Assembly (NCBI GenBank): GCA_009914755.4
Contig: CP068257.2
Coordinates: 6,560,001 to 6,624,000 of the forward strand
Length of the DNA stretch: 64,000 bases
Source of the DNA: the human T2T-CHM13v2.0 reference genome, Homo sapiens
Direction: 5' to 3'
The notes below the pieces were generated by a model. It was not told the origin of the DNA and ran no database searches. It saw only the letters and a program-made list of their open reading frames with translations. Of the stretch, positions 39,501 to 50,429 are shown piece after piece. The position numbers and the translations under genes were made by a program. How positions within the stretch are numbered: position 1 is the first letter of the stretch; each line of letters opens with the position of its first letter.

Positions 39501-42500
39501 GCTTTGTATTTCAGAGGCTCAGGAGCAGAACGGACAGCATCTTTGTCTCAGATGAGACTTTGGGCTTCAGACATTTAAGTAAATGCTGGAATGAGTTAAG
39601 ACGTTGGGGGTTTTAGCCAAGACGATGGGGAAAAGTCATTAAAGGCGTTTCATAGCTTCACTTCACAGTACTAATTTTCTGTATGATCATAACAAAAAGG
39701 GGTTTAATTGGCTCATCGTTCTGCAGGCTGTAAAAAAAAAGCATAGTGGCTTGGGGAATGGTAAGTAAGGCATCACTGTATTTTGCAAAGTGAGAAGGAC
39801 ATGAGATTTGGGGAGGCAGGGACAGAAGAATAAGATTCGGCTGTGTGTCCCTATGGAAACTCATGTGGAATTGTAATCAGAAATGTTAAAATTGGGGCCA
39901 GGTGGAAGGTGATTTAATCATGGAGGGCACTGGGTGTTGGAAGGTGGAGATTGGGGAGGATGGGTGGATTATGCTGGGGGTGAGGGGTGAAAAGTGGGGG
40001 TGGGGGGATGATCCCTCACAAGTAGTTAAACACCATCTCCTTAATCCTTTCCTCATGATGGTGAGTTCTCGTGACGGTTTTGGAGCTGTGTGATTGAATG
40101 GATACTGACCTCCTGGGTTTTGGACTTGCGTTGGCCCTGTGATCACATTTGTGTTATTTTCCTGGCAAACTTCTACCCTTTGGATTGAGAAAACTTACCC
40201 AATGCCTGTACCATCATTGTACCTTGAAAGAAAAGAACTCACTTTTAAATTCAGGGACTTATAGGCAAAAGGGACTGTAGCCTTTTCTCAGGTGAGACGT
40301 GGAACTTTTTACATTCGAGTTAATGCTGAAATGACTTAAGACTTTTGGCAACTTTTGAAAAGGCATGATTGTATTTTACTCTGTGAGAAGGATATGATAT
40401 TTGGGGGATCAGGGTCAGAATAGTATGATTTAGCTGCGTGTCCCTACCTAAACTCACATGTAATTGTAATCCTGAATGTTGCAGGTGGGGCCTGGTGGGA
40501 AGTGACTTATTCATGGATGGGAGAGGGGTGGAGTTGGAAGTAAAAACAGGTGGGTAAGGTGGGGAGACGTAGGCTGGCTGTAGGGTGGTGTGTAGCAGGA
40601 GGGGAGTAGCCTGCCACAGAGGCAGAGGCTCATGGAAAACCTCTACTAAGGCAGTGCACCTGTGGCTTTGCAGGGTTTAGCACCTGCAGCTGCCCTCATG
40701 GGCTGGGCTGCTGTTGAGTGCCTGAAGCTTTTCCATACTGGGGGTGTGAGCTGTTGGTAGGTCCATGACTCTTGGGCTGTAGGATGGTGGCGTGGGGGCT
40801 CCAAGCCCATATTTTCCTTTTGCACTGCCCTAGTAGAGGTTTTCCAGGCGGATCTGTCTCTGTCTCAGGCTTTTGCTTGGAAACAGTGGGTAGTGGATAT
40901 GGGGTGGTGGGCGGATCCTTCACCAACAGTTAAGCACCATCTTGATGCTGACCTTCTGATAGTGAGCTCTCATGAGATCTAGTTGTATAACTGGATATTG
41001 CACTTCTTTCCTCTCTCTGTCTTGCTTCTACTCCTGCCATATGAAACATTTCATTGCTGCTTGGCCTTCTGGTATAATTGGGAGGCTTCCTGAGTCCCCC
41101 TACAAGCAGAAACCACTATGCTTTCTTTACAGCGTGAAGAACTGTGAGTCAATTAGACCTCTTTTCTTTATGTAGATACAGAAAATTAATGCTGTGAAGT
41201 GAAGTTATGAAATGACTTCTAGGTGTTTCCCCCATTCTCTTGGCTATTAGCGCTGAGCTTCTTTCAATGCAAATATTGGAGGCCATCTTGATGTTTCCCC
41301 TGATAATGGACTTTCCTTCTTTTACCACATTACCAGGCTGCAGCAAAGATAGCTGACAGTGTAGACGCAGGTTCCAAATTGGGTAGTGGCCAGAGGTTAG
41401 AGAGTTTGGAGAGCTTGGAAGAAGACAGGAAGATGAGGGAAATTTTGCACCATTGCAGAGACTTATTAAATAGTTGTGAGTAAAAGGCTGACAGAAGGAT
41501 GGACAGTGAAGACCAGCCTTGTAAGGTCTCAGATGAAAATGAGGAACTTACTGGGAAAAGGAGCCAAGGTTTTTTTGTTTTGACTTAGCAAAATAATTGG
41601 CTACACAGTGACCCTTCCCGGGAGATCTGTGAAACTGAACTCGAGGGTGATAATTTAGGGTGTATTTGGTGGAATGAACTTCTAAGCAGCAAAGTTCAAG
41701 AGTTGTACTGCCTACATCGAACAGCCTGTGCTCCTATGTGTGATGAAAGAAATGACCATAAGTTGGAACTTATATTTAAATGAGAAACATAGCTTCAACA
41801 TTTGGAAAATTTGTAATCTGGACAAGTGGTCAAAAAGAAAAGCTGATTTTCAGGGGGAAAATCAAGAAGGTTTAGGATATTTGCATAAAAAGGAGCCCAA
41901 TGCTAATAATTCAAGACAATGGGAAAAAGGCCTTGAAGGCATTTCAGAGACCTTTGTAGCAGTCCTTGCTGTCACTGGCCCTGGGGTTTAGGAGAAAAGA
42001 ATAGTTTCCTGGCTCAGCCCCATGGCTCCACTGCTGAGTGCAGCCTCAGGACACTACTGCCTGCATCCCTGCAGCTCCTTTTACAGCTTCAGCCATGGAT
42101 GAAAGATGTACAGGTACAGCTTGCAACACTGCTTCAGAGGATGCAAGCTCCAAGCCTTGGTGGCTTCTACATAGTGTTAAGCCAGCAGGTGCATAAAGCA
42201 CAGGACTAGAAGCTTCAGAGCCTTCGTCTGGACTCCAGAGAATATATCAGAAAGCCTGAGTGTCTAGCCAGAAGCTTTTCCAAGAGGCAGAGCCTCATGG
42301 TAAACCTCTACTCAGGTAGTAAACAAGGAAAGTATAGGGTTGGAGACCCCATAGAGGGAGGCACCATTTTCCAGACCTCGGTTTCATAGACCCACCAGCT
42401 GCTTGCACCCTTAGTGTTGAAAAGCTACAGGTATTCAACGCCAGCCTAGCCAATGAAGTCAGCTGTAGGGGGAAGAGTCTGCAATGCCACATGTGCAGAG

Positions 42501-45500
42501 CTGCCCAAGGCCTTGGGATCCCAGCCATCGCACCACCCTGTGCTCTGGATGTGGACATAGATTCCAAAAAGATGATTTGGAGCTGTATGATGGAATGACT
42601 GGCCTGCTGTGTTTTTGACTTGCAGGTGGTTTTTAAGTCTCATCTGTGTTTTGTGCTTCTTTCTGGCAAGTTTCTTCTTTTTGGCTTGGAATGCTTACCC
42701 AATGCCTGTACAATCATTGTACCTTGGAAGTGGTTAACTTGCTTTGTATTTCAGAGGCTCAGGGCAGAAGGTATGGCAGCCTTGTCTCAGAAGAGACTTT
42801 GGGCTTTAGACATTTGAGTAAACGCTGGGATGAGTTAAGATTTGGGGGACTCTAGGGAAGGCATCATTGCGTTTTGCAATGTGAGAAAGACATGAACTTT
42901 GGGGGACCAGGGACAGAATAATATGTTTTGGCTCTGTGTCTCTACCAAAACTCATATGGAATTTTAATGGGAAATGTTAAAGGTGGGGGCTGGTGGAAGG
43001 TGATTTAATCATGATGGAGAGTGGAGGTGGGATGGTTGGGGGGGTGGGGAGGGTGGGGGTGATTAGGGGGTGGGGAGGGTTGGGGTGATTGTGGTGGGGT
43101 TGGGGGTGAAAGGCAGGGGCGGGGGGTGCATCCTTCACAAATGGACATTTGAGTAAATGCTGGAATGAGTTCAGACACTGGGGGACTGTAGAGGATGCAT
43201 CATTGTATTTTGCAGTATGAGAAGGATGTGAGATTGGGGAGCCAAAGGGAGAATAAAATGATTTGGCTCTATGTCCCTACCAAAACTCATGTTGAATTGT
43301 AATGGGGAATGTTAAACGTGGGGCTTGGTAGAAGATGATTTAATCATGGTAGAGAATGGGGGTTGGAAGGGGGATGTAGGAGAACGGAGGTTCATGGTGT
43401 GAGTGAAGGTGAAACATGGTGACGGGTGACAGATCCTTCACAAATGGTTAAATACTATCTCCTTAATGCAGTCTGTGTGATAGTGAGTTCTCATGATAAA
43501 TGAATGCTGTCCTGCTGGGTTTTGGAGTCGGATTGGGCCTGTGTCCCATTTGTGTTATTTTTCTGGGAAAATCTTCCCTTTGGTTTGAGAAAGCTTACCC
43601 AGTGCCTGTGCCATCGTTTTAACTTGAAAGAAAAGAATTGCATTTTACATTCAGGGACTTATAGGCAGAAGGGATTGGTCTTGTTCTGGATGAGACTTGA
43701 ACTTACTACATTTGAGTTACTGCTGGAATGAGTTAAGACTTTTTGAAACTTTTGAAAAGGCATGTTTGTATTTTTCTGTGTGAGAAAGACTTGAGATGTG
43801 GGGGTGTCAGGGTCAGGATAATATGGTTCGGCTGTGTTTCTCTACAAAAACTCATGGGGAACAGCATTCCTGACTGTTGTAGGTGGGACCTGGTGGGAGG
43901 TGATTTAATCACAAACAGGAGGTTGGTAGGGGTGAAAGGGAAAATAAATGGGTAGGGTGGGGAGGAGTAGGCTGGCAGTAGGGTGGTGAGAGGGTGGTGG
44001 GCAGTAGGAAGGGGGAGTAGCCTGCTGCAGAGGCAGATCCTCATGGAAAACCTCTACCAGGGCTGTGCACCTGTGGTTTGCAGGGTGTAGCCGCCGTGGC
44101 TGCCCTCATAGGCTGGGCTGGTGTTGAGTGCCTGTAGCTTTTCCATACTGAGATTGCAAGCTGTTGGTGGGTCTATGAATCTGGGGTCTGAGGATGGTAA
44201 CCTCATGCGTGGGGCCTCCAAGCCCATCTATTTTTTCTGCTCTGCCCTAGTAGAGGTTTTCCTAGTGGCTCTGCCTCTGCCTCAGGCTTCTGCCTGGAAA
44301 CAGTGAGGGGTGTGGGTGGTAGGGGGCAGATCTTTCACCAATGGTTAAGCAATATCTTGATACTGACCTTGTGATAGTGAGTTCTCAGGAAATCTGGTTG
44401 TATAACAGGGTTATACAACGTGTGGCACCTTTTTCCTCTCTCTGTTTTTTTTTCTACTTCTGCCATATAAAACATCCCATTGCTGCTTGGTCTTCTGGTA
44501 TGATTGGGAGGCTTCCTGAATCTTCCCAGAAGCAGAAGCCTCTATGATTTATTTAGAGCTTGCAGAAACATCAGCCAGTTTAACCTCTTTTCTTTCTGAT
44601 TATACAAAAAAATAATGCTATAAAGTGGAACTATGAAATGCCTTCAAGACCTTTTTCCTAGTCTCTTGGCAATCAGCACTCAGCTTCTTTTCAGGCAAAT
44701 ATTTGAAGCCTGCATTAATTTTTTCCTGAAATGGACTTTTCTTCTTTTACCACATTGCCAGGCTATGACAAACGTAGCTGAAAATGTAGAAGCAGGTTGA
44801 GAAGTGTGTAATGGCCAGAGGTTGGAGAGTTTGGAGGTCTTGGAAGAAGACAGGAAGATGAGGAAAACTTTGGTCCAGTGTAGAGACTTGTTAAATAGTT
44901 ATAATTAAAAAAGTGACAGAAGGATGGACAGTGATCACCAGGCTTAGAAGGTCTCACATGAAAATGAGGAGCTTGCTGGGAACAGGAACCAAGGTCACTT
45001 TTGTTTTTTCCTTAGCAAAGAACATTGCTGCATGATGCCCCTAATGTGGAGACCTGTGAAAATTTGAACATCAAGGTGATAATTAAGAGTGTATTTGGTG
45101 GAATGAAATTTTAGGCAGCAAAGCTTAAGAGGTGTCCTGTCTGTGTCGAACAGCCTGTGGTCCTATATGTGACCAAATAAATGACCTCAAGGTGAAACTT
45201 ATATTTAAATGAGAAGGAGAGCTTAAAAGTTTGGAAAATTTGCAGACTGGCCTAGTGGTCAAAAAGAAAAGCTGATTATCAGTGGGAAAGTTCAAAAAGG
45301 CTTCAGAAATGTGCATAAAAAGGAATTCAGTGCTAATAGCCAATACAATGTTAAAAAGGCCTTGAAGGCATTTCAGAGACTTTTGCAGCAGCCCTTGCTA
45401 TCACAGGCCCTGAGGCCTGGGATAAAAGAATGGTTTCCTTCTCCAGCCCAATGGCCCCGCTGCTATGTCCATCCTCAGGACACTGCTGACTGCATTCCTG

Positions 45501-47520
45501 AAGCTCCAGCTCCAGCCATGGCTGAAAGATGCACAGGTACAGCTTGGGTCACTGCTTCAGAGGGTGCAAGCTGCAAGCCTTGGTGGCTTCCACATAGTGT
45601 TAAGCCAGCAGGTGCACAGAGCACAAAACTAGAGGCTGGGGATCCTTTGTCTGGACTCCAGAGTATGTATGGAAAAACCTGGGTGTCCAGGTCGAAACTT
45701 TTCCAAGAGGCAGAGCCTCCTTTACTAGGTCAGTAGAGAAGGAACATATAAGGTTGGAACCCCATACAGGGAGGCACCATTCTGCCAACTCCAGATTCAT
45801 AGACTCACTAGCAGCTTGCACCCTGATTGTGGAAAAGCTATAGGTACTCAACACCAGCCCAGCCCATGAGGGCAACTGTGGAGGTTAGACCCCGCAAAAG
45901 TCACAGGTGCAGACCTGCCCAAGACCTTGGGAGCCCAGGCCTCATACCCTTGTGCTCTGGATGTGGGATCTGGATTCAAAAAAAATGATTTGGAGGTGTA
46001 GGATTCAATGACTGGCCTGTTGGGTTTTTGACTTGTATGGGGTCTGTAAGTCCCAAATATATTTTGTGCTTCTTTCTGGCAAATTTGTTCCTTTTGGCTG
46101 GGAATACTTATCCAATGCATGTAAAATCATTGTACTTTGGAAGTACTTGCTTGGTATTTCAGAGGCTCAGGGGTAGAACATATGGCAGCCTTGTCTCAGA
46201 AGAGACTTTGGGCTTTGGACACTTCAGTAAATGCTGGAATGAGTTAAGAGATTGGGAAACTGTAGAGAAGGCATCATTGTACTTTGCAGTGTGAGAACAA
46301 CATGAAATATGGGGACCAGGGTCAGAATAATATGATTTGGCTCTGCATCCCTAACAAACTCATGTGGAATTGTAATGGGGAATGTTGAAGGTGGGGCCTG
46401 GTGGGAGGTGATTTAATCATTGAGAAGCATGGGGGTTGGAGGTAAGGGTGTGGAGAGAATGGGGGAGATTATTTTGTGGGTGGGAGTGAAAGATGAGGGT
46501 GGGGGTCAGATCCTTCACAAATGGTTAAGCACACTCTCCTTAATGCTGTTCACATGACAGTGAGTTCTCTTGATGATTTTGGAGCTGTGAGATTGAGTGA
46601 ATACTGTCCTGCTGGGTTTTGGACTTGCATTTGTGTTATTTTTCTGGGCAACTTCTTCCCTTTGGATTGAGAAACCTTACCCAATACCTGTTCTACCTTG
46701 AAGGAAAAGAAATCCCTTTTAAATTCAGGGACTCATTGGCAGAAGGGACTGTAACCTTGTCTCAGATGAGATTTTGAAATTTTTACATTCGGAATGAGTT
46801 AAGACTTTTGGAAACTTTTGAAAAGGCATGATTGTGTTTTGCTCTGTGAGAAGGACATGAGGTTCTGGGGAATCAGGGTCAGAATAATATGAGTTGGCTG
46901 TGTGTCCCTATAAAACTCACGTGTCATCCTTAATGTTGGAGGTGGGCCAGGTGGGAGGTGACTTAATCTTGGATGGGAGGGGGTTGGGGTGGAAGGAAAA
47001 GGAGGGATAGTGTGGGGAGGAGTAGGTTGTCAGTAGGGTGGTGGGAAGGTGAGAGTAACCTGCTGCAGAGGCAGAGGCTCATGGGAAACCTCTACTAGGA
47101 GAGTGCACCTGTGGCTTTGCAGGGTGTAGCCCCCATGGCTGATCTCATGGGCTGGGTTGGTGTTGAGTGCCTGTAGCTTTTCCATACTGAGTGTGTGAGC
47201 TGTTGGTGGGCTTATTAATCTGGAGTCTGGAGGATCGTGGCCTCTTGTGTGGGGGCTCAAAGCCTATATTTTCCTTCTCTGCTGCCATAGTGGAAGTTTC
47301 ATAAGAGGTTCTGCCTCTGCAGGAGGCTTCTGCCTGGAAGCAGTGGACAGTGGTGTGGTTGGAGAATCCTTCACCATTGGTTAGTCTTCTTGATGCTGAT
47401 CTCCTGATAGTGAGTTCTCATGTGATCTGGTTGTCTAACAGGATGTCACACCTCTTTCCCCTCTCTGTCTTGCTCCTACTCCTGCCATATGAAACATCTC
47501 ATTGCCTCTTGGTCTTCTGA
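33585..47520 (+). repeat. Tandem macrosatellite: 4 complete + 2 partial copies of a ~3.0-3.4-kb composite unit derived from a rearranged THE1/MST-type MaLR element
   Basis: Landmark gatccttcaccaatggttaagcaccatcttcttgatgctgacct recurs at 34527, 37665, 40913, 44325, 47365 (periods 3138, 3248, 3412, 3040). A second landmark gatccttcacaaatggttaaacaccatctccttaatgctgtcc lies ~900 bp upstream of each (33585, 36748, 40010, 43425, 46505). Units share THE1-like LTR start (atatgatttggctgtgtgcccc…ctcatgtggaattgtaat) and ~1.7-kb internal region. Confidence 0.85.
38632..39555 (+). other. 307-codon ORF inside the MaLR internal region of unit 2 (retroelement-derived; not a host gene)
   Basis: ORF track entry 38632..39555; homologous positions in other units are interrupted (e.g. 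35561..35773, 36099..36368, 45311..45736), consistent with a decaying element ORF. Confidence 0.5.
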
Positions 47521-47544
47521 TATGGTTAGGAGGGGCCTGATCAG

Positions 47545-48335
47545 TGTGGGCCTGCTCAGTGGACCTAGTCAGTTGCGACTTGTCAGTGAGGCCTATTTAG
47601 TGGGGGGTGGTCAGCAGGGGTCTGCTTAGAGCGGGTCTCATTAGAGGGATCTAGTAGTGCATGTCTTGGTGAGTGGGTTGATAGTGGTAGACAAATGTTT
47701 GGTGTCTGGTCAGTGCCAATCTGGGCTGTGGGACTTGTTCAGTGGAGACCTTGGGACCGAGTCAGCAGAGACGCTTGTCAGTGGGGCCCTGGTCAGGGCA
47801 GGCTGGTCCGTGGAACTTAATCAGTGGGGGCCTGGTCAGAGAGGACTTGATCATTGGTGGCTTTTGTAGCACTGGTCTACGGGGTGACCTGGTCAGCGGG
47901 GATCTGAGCAGTGTGTGCCTGTTCAGTGGGGCGTAGTCATTAGGGTCCCAGTCAGGGGCATCTTGTCACCTCAGTCCTGGTTAGCAGGGGCCTGGTCACT
48001 GGCTGCCTATTCCCTGCAGGCCTGGTCAGTGGGGCTTCGTCTGTGGGACCAGACAATGAGGTCATGATCGGTGGAACCTGATCAGTGAGGCCTTGTCAGT
48101 AAGGACCTCGTCAGTGAGGCCTTGCCAGTGAGGCCTTGCCAGTGAGGCCTTGTCAGTAAGGTCTTCGTCAGTGGAGTCCTGGTCATTGTGGGCCTGGCAG
48201 CGGGAATCTAGTTAGTGAGGCCTGGTGATGGGGCTCTAATCAGTGAGGGTGTGGTCAGGGAGGAAGTGATATGCTGGATCTGGTCACCAGGGACCTGGTC
48301 AGTGGGGGCTGCTGAGTACTGCTGGGAGATGTCAG
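47545..48335. repeat. Minisatellite M2 (same ~15-bp CCTGGTCAGTGG-type unit as M1 and M3), arising inside a MaLR LTR
   Basis: …ctgatatggttaggaggggcctgatcagtgtgggcctgctcagtggacctagtcagttgcgacttgtcagtgaggcctatttagtgg… through …ggcctggtgatggggctctaatcagtgagggtgtggtcaggg. Confidence 0.85.
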
Positions 48336-48539
48336 GGGAAATGCATGTTATTGAGGAGCCTGTGGACAGCTGGGGTGGCCCAGTGGTGTTCAATGGCCCA
48401 GTCAAAAGTGGACAAAGCAGGTGTTTGGATGGACCTGGGAGATCTTGCTCAGAGATTCTGACAGGACAAAGGTAAAGGAAAGGCCAGAGTGGTCGGAGAG
48501 ATAGTCACAGTCTATGGTCTGCACAGGATGGACGAGGCC

Positions 48540-48830
48540 AGGGAACAGGCAGGGTGGGCAGCTTGGTTTCAGGGAGAGGCAGGTGCATGCTGGGAGGTCA
48601 GACCCTATGAGGGTTGTGGGGGCGTCAGGTGGTGTGGGCTCCAGGTGCACCCTCAGCGCACTGGGCAGGTCTTGGCCCAGGCTCCCTGGACCTTGGCCGG
48701 GTGATGTGGTCACTTGCTGGGAGACTGTTGTCAGGTGCTGGCCACCCACCCTGGGTAGCACTGTCCCATCTCAGGACTGGACTTCCTCAGATACTGTAGA
48801 GGGCACAGCCTCCAGCCCAGGAGGGGCAGC
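48540..48830 (+). repeat. Left arm of a ~300-bp-arm inverted repeat (right arm 49215-49500, spacer ~370 bp)
   Basis: cagggaacaggcagggtgggcagcttggtttcagggagaggcaggtgcatgctgggaggtcagaccctatgagggttgtgggggcgtcagg… is the reverse complement (~90%) of …cctgatgcccccacagccctcacaggtcctgacctcccagcatgcacctgcctctccctgaattccagctgtccaccctgcctgttccc. Confidence 0.85.
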
Positions 48831-49214
48831 CCCTTGGTGCAGCCTGAGCTCTCCATGGGTCTGGAGCATCCCCTGCCAGCCCTGCACTCCCTCTTCTCCC
48901 AGGTCCCACTTTTCCAGGGTCAGCCAGTGGGGAGACCCCTTCCTCACTTCCCTATGTGTCTCCTGGGCTGAAACTTGCAGTGCACTGGGACAGGGATGAG
49001 GCTTCCCTAAGGCCCATTTAGGGAGAGAACTGGCTCCCAGCCTGGCACAGGTCCTCAGCTCTGCCTTGGTTGCCTTAGAATGAGATGTATCAGTACCTTT
49101 ACCTGAAGGTAAAGGTAGGAGACTGTCCCTGCTGTTGGGAGGCTGGTCTAGGGATGGAGGACTTCACAGGTCCTCCCAGTCTGTCAGGCCTGGGCAGCAC
49201 TGTCCTGTTTTAGG

Positions 49215-49500
49215 ACTCAGAAAGTCCAGTTCTGGGATGGGACGGTGCTGCCCAGGGAGGGTGGCCAGGGTCTGACAACAGTCCCCCAGGGAGTGACCAC
49301 ATCACCCAGCCGGGGTCCAGGGAGCCTGGCCTGAGACCTGCCTGGTGCACTGAGGGTGCACCTGGAGCCCACTCCACCTGATGCCCCCACAGCCCTCACA
49401 GGTCCTGACCTCCCAGCATGCACCTGCCTCTCCCTGAATTCCAGCTGTCCACCCTGCCTGTTCCCTCACTTCCTCCATCCTGTCCAGCAGGATGGGATGG
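49215..49500 (-). repeat. Right arm of the inverted repeat
   Basis: See the left-arm entry; the mirrored ORFs 48514..48999(+) and 49217..49423(-) share peptide AGRS[DG]P[MV]R[VA]VGASGGVGSRCTLSA. Confidence 0.85.
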
Positions 49501-50429
49501 GCAGGGGGACAGCCTGTGTGCACATTTCATGGCAAGCAGGAGTGACACACCATCCCTGGGAGGCGCCTTGGTTCCTCCAAAACCCGGCCCCAGAACTCTG
49601 TCCTTGGGGTGGTTTTACCAAACCCCAAACCCAGAACTGTGGTTGTGTCTCAGGGGTCAGCACCCGCTAGTTCTACAATGTCGCCAAGGACTTTGATTGT
49701 ACAATGTTCTTCTTTTCAATAGTCATTCCAAATATTGTGAGATGCATTGTTTCAGGAAGCCCCTTGCCCTCCTAAAAGCCACCCTACTTCTCTCTAAGGA
49801 GAATGGCCCAGTCCTCTCCCGAGTTCACACATGGTAGGCGATAGCATTGCTTTTGTGTAAATTATGTAATGCAAAATTTTTTTAAATATTTGCCTTAATA
49901 CTTTCAAATTTTGTTTTATTTTGAATGACTAGCCTTCATGGCCCCACTTTTTTGTACCCCAACTTGGAATGTATGAAGGGTTTTGGTCTCCCTGAGAGTG
50001 GCTCAAGGCAGCCAGGGCTTACCTGTACTCTGACTTGAGAAAAGTTGGATGAAAGTGTTCACCTTAAAAAAAATTGAATGACGAAGCATTAACAAAAACA
50101 GTATTTCAGTACAGTGGACAGCTTAGCATTTTGACAATTGGGAATAAAATGCTCATTTCTGAACTGTACAATGTAAGACACAAAAACAAAACACTGGAAA
50201 TGGAAATTCAATTATGTCATTATAGACTGGCTACTGCTCTACATGACTGTGACCAAAGTCAGATAGTTGAAAGAGATTTCTTTCCAGAGAACAAGACATG
50301 AACAGGTTTATTTACAGAAAACAATGAATTCTCACATATCTAACCTAAAATATAGCAGATTCTTTCCGAACAAGTCTAATGTAGACAGTAAAATTAACAG
50401 GCTAAAAATTAAGCTCCATCAAACAAGAT

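Noticed and set aside
38632-39555. 307-aa ORF (longest in the window) as a candidate host gene
   Set aside because: It lies wholly within the internal region of a THE1/MST-type MaLR copy and is broken by stops or frameshifts in the other tandem units. It is a retroelement remnant ORF.
48514-48999. 161-aa ORF and its mirror 49217..49423 on the opposite strand
   Set aside because: They are the two arms of an inverted repeat. The identical peptide on both strands reflects the duplication, not selection, and the sequence is G+C-rich and low-complexity.
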